This document shows positions 57,714 to 64,000 of a DNA stretch of 64,000 nt, in pieces. This DNA comes from Myxococcota bacterium (lineage in GTDB: Bacteria > Myxococcota_A > UBA796 > CAJQPC01). The stretch spans positions 32,001 through 96,000 of the forward strand of contig JAZAMN010000049.1 of NCBI GenBank assembly GCA_036229005.1, read 5' to 3'. Position numbers and translations under genes: made by a program. The notes beneath the pieces are model-generated. The model did not search any database, was not told where the DNA came from, and saw nothing but the letters and a program-made list of their open reading frames with translations. How positions within the stretch are numbered: position 1 is the stretch's first letter; each line of letters starts with the position of its first letter.

Positions 57714-58783
57714 TGGTCGCCGATCCTCCGCATCGCCAGTCCCACCGCGACGGCCGCCTGCAGCGACTTGTCGTGGAGGTAGCGAGGGCTGAACTCCCGC
57801 TCGTCGATGACGATCTTGCGGAAGGGGTCCACGATCTCGATGGGCGAGCCGGTCGCCGCCCCGATGGCCCGAGCCAGCCCCGGCGTGCGGGCCGCGCCGC
57901 CGCTCAGGTAGACCCGGGAGAGGGGCACTCCGGGGGTCGCGCTCAGGTGGAAGTCCAGGCTGCGGTGCACTTCCGTGGCCAGGGAGTCCGAGACCGAGGA
58001 CAGGATGTTCTCGATCTCCTCCGGGATGACGGCGTCCTGGTCATCCTCGGAGCCACCGACCTTGAGCATCTCCGCCTCTTCGTAGGAGATCCCCAGGGCG
58101 CGCTGGATCTCCTCGGTGAACTGGCGGCCGCCCATCTGCACGTCGCGGGTGAACGCCGTCACGCCGTTGTGCAGGATGTTCAGGTTCACCGTGCTGGCGC
58201 CGATGTTGACCAGGGCGACCAGCTCCTTGGGCGCGTCGTAGTTCATGCTGAACATGTTCTCGACCGCGAAGGCGTCCACATCCACGATGCGGGGCTTGAG
58301 CCCGGCCTCCTGGATCAGGGACTGGTACTCGCTGACCAGCTCCTTGCGCGCCGCGACGAGCAGCACCTCCATCTGGCCAGCCTCGTCGCCCTCGGCGTCC
58401 AGGATCTGGAAGGAGATGTTCACGTCGTTGATGTCAAAGGGGATGTACTGCTCAGCTTCCCACTGGATGGACTCCTCCAGCTCCTCGAAGCTCATCTGGG
58501 GCAGGTTGATGCGCTTGATGATCACGCTGTGCCCGCTGATGGCAGCCGTCGTCTCCTTGGTCTTGATTTTGCAACGATCGACCAGCTCCCGGATAGCGTC
58601 TACGACGACATTCGGGTTCATGACAGCCCCATCCACGACGGCCTCGGGCGGGAGGTCCACCATGCCGAAGGTCTTGAGCCGCCAACTGCCGCCCTTCTTG
58701 TCCTGGTGGAGCTCCATGACCTTCACAGAGCTCGAGCCGATGTCGAGTCCGATGGTCTGGGTGCTCCGGGAGAAGAGGCCCAT
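57710..58783 (-). CDS. pilM: Type IV pilus protein PilM
   Basis: GLDIGSSSVK, EAEQYIPF, NIGA, LSGG, AVAVGLAMR. Confidence 0.95.
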   Translation of the reverse strand: MGLFSRSTQTIGLDIGSSSVKVMELHQDKKGGSWRLKTFGMVDLPPEAVVDGAVMNPNVVVDAIRELVDRCKIKTKETTAAISGHSVIIKRINLPQMSFEELEESIQWEAEQYIPFDINDVNISFQILDAEGDEAGQMEVLLVAARKELVSEYQSLIQEAGLKPRIVDVDAFAVENMFSMNYDAPKELVALVNIGASTVNLNILHNGVTAFTRDVQMGGRQFTEEIQRALGISYEEAEMLKVGGSEDDQDAVIPEEIENILSSVSDSLATEVHRSLDFHLSATPGVPLSRVYLSGGAARTPGLARAIGAATGSPIEIVDPFRKIVIDEREFSPRYLHDKSLQAAVAVGLAMRRIGDQ

Positions 58784-58941
58784 GAGATCTCCGGGTGGGT
58801 TCGCCGTCAGGGAAGGCGTCCGTTTTAGCACGGACAGAATCCTGACGAGCGTAGCGCAGGACAGGGGTGAGGGGGGCTTGGGCAGACAGAGGTCTTGACG
58901 TGACAAGAGTACCAGATGCGGCGTCGAGCTATCCTCTGGCC

Positions 58942-61899
58942 GTGTCCACCCCACCGAATCCCGCCGCCAAGATCGCCACCTTCCTGCCCGCCGCCCTCCT
59001 CAGCGGGGTGGGCGCGCTCCTGGCCTGGCGCGCTCAGATCCTGGGCGCGAGCCCATGGCACCTGCAGACCCTCCCAGCGCTGCTCGGTGCGGGTGCGTTC
59101 GGGGCCGCGCTGCTACCGATTCGGGTGCCTCGCTGGGCTGTGATCTCTGCGGGAGCAGTGGGCGCGAGCCTGCTCCTGGCACACGCGTTCCTACCGCCAA
59201 CAGCCGTGGCGCTCGGGACCCTGTTGAGCTTGTGGGCGCTGGCGAGGACAGGCTGCAGCGCACCCGCTCCCCACCCCGCGGCCTGGTTGCTCGCGCCGCT
59301 GGGGCTGGCCGCTGGGGCGCTGCTCCCAGCCGGCGGGCTGGTGCTGGGCGCCGGCGCGCTGCTCCTGAGCGCAGACGCGGCGCCCTCCCCTGCCCTGCCT
59401 CGGCGGGTCTGGATCGCTCTGCCCATGGCCCTGGGCGCAGGCGGCGCGCTGGCCGCAGCCCTGGGCGCGGCGCGGGCCCTGGATCCCACCCCTGCGAGCA
59501 CCGCGCTCTTTCTGGGATCGGCGCTCCTCGCTGGCGCCATGGCGGCGCAGTTCACCCGAAAGCGGGACCCCCGGCCCTTGTGGTTGGCCACGATCGTCCT
59601 GGCCGCCTGGGTCCTCCTCCTCTCGCTCCCCTATCGCTTCCAGGTCTGGGTGGAGCCGCTGGCGGGCGCCCGGGACCCCAGGTGGATCCTCGCGGGGCTC
59701 GTGGCAGCTCCAGGCGCGGTGCTGGGTCTGGGGGCCGGTGCGGCGATGGGCCCGCTGCAGCGCCACCCGGGGGGCTCGGCACTGGGGGTTGGGGCGCTCG
59801 CGCTCGGCCTGGGCTTGGGCAGCCTGATCCCGGAGCAGCTCCCCGGTGTGCTGGTGGGCGTGGGGGGCCTCGCTGTCCTCGCTGGGGTCCTGATGCCCGC
59901 CCCTGTGAGCCTGCGGGTGGCGGCTCCGGTGGTGGGCACGGGGCTCTTGTTGGTCTGGTTCCTCCTCCCCTGGAATCCCGCGGACTGGACGCGCTTGGGG
60001 GTGGATCACCTGCGCGACAGCCCGGGGCCTGAGCGAGAGCACGCCCGGATGGAGAAGGGCCAGGTGGGCGCGCAGGGCTGGGATCCGAACGGCGCCTGGG
60101 CGCTGGAGGTCGAGGACGGGGCCCCCACGCGGCTGGTGGTGGAGGGGGCGCGGATCCCCCGGGGCGGGCGAGGGGCGGACACCCGGCTGCTCATGCCGCA
60201 CCTGGCGGCTGGGCTGGCTCGGCGGGCGGACAGCGCAGTGGTGCTGGGGGAGAGCTTTGGAGAGCTGAGCGCGGGGCTGCTGGCGCAGGAGTGCTCCAGG
60301 GTGGTGGTCGCGGTGCCGCAGCCGCTCCGTACGCGCGCTGTGGCTGGTGAGCTCCCGGGGGTGGAGAGCGCCTGGCTGCATCCAGCGCTTCGGCTCGAGC
60401 GAGGGAGCGCGGAGGAGGTGCTGCGGGCACAGGACCCGGTGGATGTGATCGTGGAGGTGGCGGAGCGCCCGTGGAGAGACGCGGCTGGTGGCCTCCCGAC
60501 CCCTGCGGGCCTGCGGCTTCGGCGGCAGCACCTGACCGAAGGGGGGGTGTACCTGCTGAGCGTTCCGGTGACCTGGATGACGGAGCCCGAGCTGCGGGGA
60601 CTGCTCGGGGAGTTCGCGGAGCACTTTGAAGCCAGCCGGGCCTTCCTGCCGGCCCAAGGCGCCGACCAACTGATCGTGGCCGGGTTCGCGGACGGGGCGC
60701 CGCGGAGCTGGGATCGGATGGTGGAGGCCAGCGTCCGGGGCGGGGCGCTGCTCGGGACCCTGGACATCCAGTCCCCGGTAGACCTGGCGGACCGCAGCCT
60801 CGCTTCGGCGGAGGCCCTGGCCACGGGTGGAACGCCGCCCTCCCGCCTGCATCTGGGCGCCACGCTGCATCGGAAGCCGTCGATGCTGCTGCCGCTGTTC
60901 GCGGAGCACCTGGACGGCAGCGACTGGCTGGACACCCGCTCTCAAGCGCAGGCGGCAGAGGCCCTGGACGCCCGGCAGGAGACCAACAAGGTGTTCCTCG
61001 AGTGCTTGGACTCTGCGGCCCGAGGGGAGCTGCAGGACTCCTTTCAGAGCTGCCGCTCGCTGTCCCGTTCGGAGGGGGGTGAGCAGCGGCTGGATCCCTT
61101 GATCGGCCCCCAGCTTGAGCGCGGACGCAAGGCCGCAGCAGCGGGTGACGGGCAGGCCTGCATGGCGCAGGTGGAGCAAGCCCGCCTGATCAACCCCCGG
61201 AGTGCGGAGACCTACGCACTCGCTGGGCGCTGCCGCATGATCCTGGGGGACCCCCGGAGCGCGCGCGAGGAGTTCGACAAGGCGCTGGAGCTGGACGCCG
61301 GCAACCTGGACGCGCTGCTGGGCCTGGCGCAGCTCTCCGTCCGGCGCGGAGAGGACCGTGCGGCGCTCGACCTGATGGCGCAGGCGGCCCACCGGAACCC
61401 TCGGAGCTGGCGGCCCCCCTACTACCGCGGGATGTTGCTGATGGACCTGGGTGAGTTGGAGGATGCCGAGGCGCAGCTCGCGAACGCTCGGGGCCTGGCC
61501 GGAGACCAGAGCACGGCACCACTCGCCGCGCTGGCACACCTGGCGCTGCTGCAGGGGCAGGCGCAGCAAGCCCTCCCCCAAGCCCGCCTGGCTGCAGACC
61601 GCGAGCCGAACGCCCGCAACCTGCACCTGGTGGGCTGGGCCTATCTGGAGCTGGGGAGCCCCGACGCGGCGCGGCCTTTCCTGGAGCGCGCGATCCTGGC
61701 AGACCCGGAGTTTCTCCCGGCCCACGGCGACCTGGGCCGGGTGCTGGCGGCGCAGGGGCAGTACGGTATGGCGGTGCAGTCCTTTGACCGGGTGCTGGCC
61801 CTGGAGCCGAGCAACGCCGGCGCGATCCTGAACCGGCAGCGGGCGATCGCCCTGCTGGAGCAGGAGCAGCAACAGGCCGGAGCCCCCACCGCGCAGTAG
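58942..61899 (+). CDS. Membrane protein with a degenerate spermidine-synthase-like domain and C-terminal TPRs
   Basis: Many hydrophobic helices; LMPHLA..ADSAVVLGESFG, DVIVE..PW, RQHLTEGGVY; TPR repeats; TATCCT 6 nt upstream of the GTG. Confidence 0.7.
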   Translation: MSTPPNPAAKIATFLPAALLSGVGALLAWRAQILGASPWHLQTLPALLGAGAFGAALLPIRVPRWAVISAGAVGASLLLAHAFLPPTAVALGTLLSLWALARTGCSAPAPHPAAWLLAPLGLAAGALLPAGGLVLGAGALLLSADAAPSPALPRRVWIALPMALGAGGALAAALGAARALDPTPASTALFLGSALLAGAMAAQFTRKRDPRPLWLATIVLAAWVLLLSLPYRFQVWVEPLAGARDPRWILAGLVAAPGAVLGLGAGAAMGPLQRHPGGSALGVGALALGLGLGSLIPEQLPGVLVGVGGLAVLAGVLMPAPVSLRVAAPVVGTGLLLVWFLLPWNPADWTRLGVDHLRDSPGPEREHARMEKGQVGAQGWDPNGAWALEVEDGAPTRLVVEGARIPRGGRGADTRLLMPHLAAGLARRADSAVVLGESFGELSAGLLAQECSRVVVAVPQPLRTRAVAGELPGVESAWLHPALRLERGSAEEVLRAQDPVDVIVEVAERPWRDAAGGLPTPAGLRLRRQHLTEGGVYLLSVPVTWMTEPELRGLLGEFAEHFEASRAFLPAQGADQLIVAGFADGAPRSWDRMVEASVRGGALLGTLDIQSPVDLADRSLASAEALATGGTPPSRLHLGATLHRKPSMLLPLFAEHLDGSDWLDTRSQAQAAEALDARQETNKVFLECLDSAARGELQDSFQSCRSLSRSEGGEQRLDPLIGPQLERGRKAAAAGDGQACMAQVEQARLINPRSAETYALAGRCRMILGDPRSAREEFDKALELDAGNLDALLGLAQLSVRRGEDRAALDLMAQAAHRNPRSWRPPYYRGMLLMDLGELEDAEAQLANARGLAGDQSTAPLAALAHLALLQGQAQQALPQARLAADREPNARNLHLVGWAYLELGSPDAARPFLERAILADPEFLPAHGDLGRVLAAQGQYGMAVQSFDRVLALEPSNAGAILNRQRAIALLEQEQQQAGAPTAQ

Positions 61900-62004
61900 G
61901 CCCAACGCGCACCGAGAAGGAGCTCGCAGCGCAAAGGAGCCCCCAGCGCTCAAGTCGCAGCGCACGCCCAGGCCCCCGAAGCGGGAGGGGCCGGGGCGCC
62001 CCGC

Positions 62005-64000
62005 TCAGAAGACCTCGCGCAGGCCCATGGTCCGGGTGGACAGGTAGGGGTCCGAGGTGACGTTCATCTCGCCGACCGTGCTGCTGTTGGTCGTGGGCTC
62101 GGAGGTCCCGTAGTAGATGCCGTGCTCGCCGATCGCGACGGAGCTGGGGTAGCCGTCCACGGTCAGGGAGTCGGAGTCCGCGACGCCATCACCGTCGGTG
62201 TCGACGTTGCCGCTGCAGTCCTCGAAGTCCAGGCCGTAGATGCGACCCGTGCCGTCGGAGCAGCGGTCGGAGGCGGGCTCGTAGGTCGGGAAGTAGACCG
62301 TTCCGGCGTAGATCACGGGATCACCGGTGAGGCCCTCGCCGGCGTTCAGGGTGTAGGCCCCGCCCGTCCCGCAGTCCGTGATGGCGGTCGCGGAGGCGCA
62401 GGTCAGCGGGGTCTCGTCCTTGACCGCGAAGAAGTAGCCGTAGTCGGTGCTGTCCCGGTCATAGGGCGTGCCCGAGCCCCAGTAGACGCCCAGGGAGCCG
62501 TCGCCATGCCAGGAGGTCGTGGGGGCGTAGTAGACCTCGGGGCGCTCGCCCACCGTGTCCAGCGGGTCGTAGAACTCACACCAGGTGGGGTCGTCCAGGT
62601 CCGAGGTGTCGATGATGGCCTTGTACAGCCAAGTGTACCCGGGGTCGGCCATGTCGTTGAGGCCGGCGAGGCCGTCACCGTCGGGGTCACCCATGTCCGC
62701 GGGCTCGTAGGAGGAGGACACGGGGAAGTAGACGACGTCCACGTCACCGTCGGAGTCCACGTCCACCGCAGCCACGGAGCCCGAGATGTAGCCGAACTCG
62801 TCGTTGCCATCGAGGTCGGCGTCGAGGGCGCTGAGGATGGAGCCCTCGGGGTGGCCGTTGGAGCCCTCCTCGGACAGACCGACGCTGCTGCTTCCCCAGT
62901 AGTCGTCCCCGATGGCCCAGAGGTAGAGGTTGGGCTCGGTGTAGTCTTCCGTGTCGCCCGTGACACCCAGCGGGACCTGGCGACCACCACCCCACATGGC
63001 CACCCAGGTGTCCTTGGGGTCGGCGGAGTCCTCGTTGTTGTAGAGGTTGGCGATGACCGGCGTGGAGACCGTGTAGCCCATCGCCGCGACGTCGCTGTCG
63101 TTGGTCTGCTCCCAAAGGAACTTGGGGTGCTGGGTGTCGGTGATGTCCAGCGCCAGCGTGACCGGGCCGCCCTTGCCCTGCTGGACGACCAGCACGCGCT
63201 TCCACTCGCCGCCGTCCATGGCCTTGGCGCCGTCGGGGCTGCTGCCGTCGCTGCCGTCGATCCAGACGTCTTCCACCACCGGTGAGCCGTCGAACAGGAA
63301 GGTGCGGCCGTACCACATCATGTCGATGAGGTTGCCCGACCACTCCTCGTCCTTCTCGGCGTAGAGGGTGTTCGCGGGGATCCAGGCCCAGAGCTCCTCG
63401 CCTTCCTCGTTGCAGTCCCAGGAGAGGGAGCCGGTCGGAGAGCAGGAGGTGGTGGAGTCGTCCTTGAGGCGGAATGCGTGCAGCATTCCGTCGTTGGCCG
63501 CCACGAAGACCGCCTCGGGCACGTCATCGGAGACAAGGTCCTCCAGGAAGTTCCGGTAGGTGGGATCGATCGCGTAGACGTTGTTGCGAGGCTGCACGAC
63601 CACGGGGCGGCTGTGGGGGGAGTCGCCCAGCTTCCAGTAGCCGTGGGTCTCGTCCAGGTAGCGGTACTCGGCGGTGGGGAGACCACGCGTGAAGTCGACA
63701 AGGGCCTGGAGGTCGTCGGTGTCCACCGTGCAGTCGGTGTCGTAGCCGTCCAGGTTGTAGGCCTGGTTGTCCGGGCACCCGTCCGCGTCCAGGTCGTCGG
63801 TGAGCAGGAAGTGGTCCAGGAAGCTGGGATCCGAGCCGGACATGATGGTGTCCACCGAGTCCACGAACTCAAGGTCGAAGCCCATGCGGTGGTAGGTGTT
63901 GGCCTCGGAGTACAGCGAGGTGCTGGAGTGGCTCATGAACTCCGGCACGAAGGTGTAGATGTCGCGCTGGCCCAGACCGTCGCGGTCATCGGGGTTGGAC
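62005..64000 (-). CDS. pilY1: PilY1/PilC-like pilus tip adhesin, C-terminal part (5' end outside the window)
   Basis: WKLGDSPHSRP, VFVAANDGMLHAF, GEELWAWIP, DGSP, ALDITD, FLWE, DxDxDG Ca loop, VYFPTY; frame open to the window edge. Confidence 0.85.
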   Translation of the reverse strand, partial: SNPDDRDGLGQRDIYTFVPEFMSHSSTSLYSEANTYHRMGFDLEFVDSVDTIMSGSDPSFLDHFLLTDDLDADGCPDNQAYNLDGYDTDCTVDTDDLQALVDFTRGLPTAEYRYLDETHGYWKLGDSPHSRPVVVQPRNNVYAIDPTYRNFLEDLVSDDVPEAVFVAANDGMLHAFRLKDDSTTSCSPTGSLSWDCNEEGEELWAWIPANTLYAEKDEEWSGNLIDMMWYGRTFLFDGSPVVEDVWIDGSDGSSPDGAKAMDGGEWKRVLVVQQGKGGPVTLALDITDTQHPKFLWEQTNDSDVAAMGYTVSTPVIANLYNNEDSADPKDTWVAMWGGGRQVPLGVTGDTEDYTEPNLYLWAIGDDYWGSSSVGLSEEGSNGHPEGSILSALDADLDGNDEFGYISGSVAAVDVDSDGDVDVVYFPVSSSYEPADMGDPDGDGLAGLNDMADPGYTWLYKAIIDTSDLDDPTWCEFYDPLDTVGERPEVYYAPTTSWHGDGSLGVYWGSGTPYDRDSTDYGYFFAVKDETPLTCASATAITDCGTGGAYTLNAGEGLTGDPVIYAGTVYFPTYEPASDRCSDGTGRIYGLDFEDCSGNVDTDGDGVADSDSLTVDGYPSSVAIGEHGIYYGTSEPTTNSSTVGEMNVTSDPYLSTRTMGLREVF

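Overview
High-GC bacterial chromosomal window, most likely Myxococcota (inferred from Asp/Thr-rich lipoproteins, Cys/Asp 'MopE-like' metal-binding repeats, an STK-ATPase-TPR protein and a pilMNOPQ-aroKB-aroQ-accBC-TPR gene order). It holds about 50 real CDSs, one tRNA-Gly(CCC) and one pseudogene. No CRISPR array, integrase or transposase was seen. Housekeeping blocks: aat, ldcA-accD-folC, tolQRAB-ppx, pilMNOPQ-aroK-aroB-aroQ-accB-accC and a partial pilY1. The most notable element is a stand-alone, divergent EF-Tu paralog (5333-6523) preceded by an unannotated 30-codon leaderless Ser-rich uORF with a terminator/antiterminator pair, i.e. an apparent ribosome-sensing attenuator controlling a backup, possibly elfamycin-resistant, EF-Tu. 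Other highlights: repeated TANNNT-N6/7-start leaderless promoters (including a 22-bp bidirectional one), a deoxynucleoside kinase resembling protist dAK, two pairs of paralogous secreted proteins of unknown function, and several proteins with degenerate catalytic motifs. Product calls rest on motif recognition by eye; no database searches were run.
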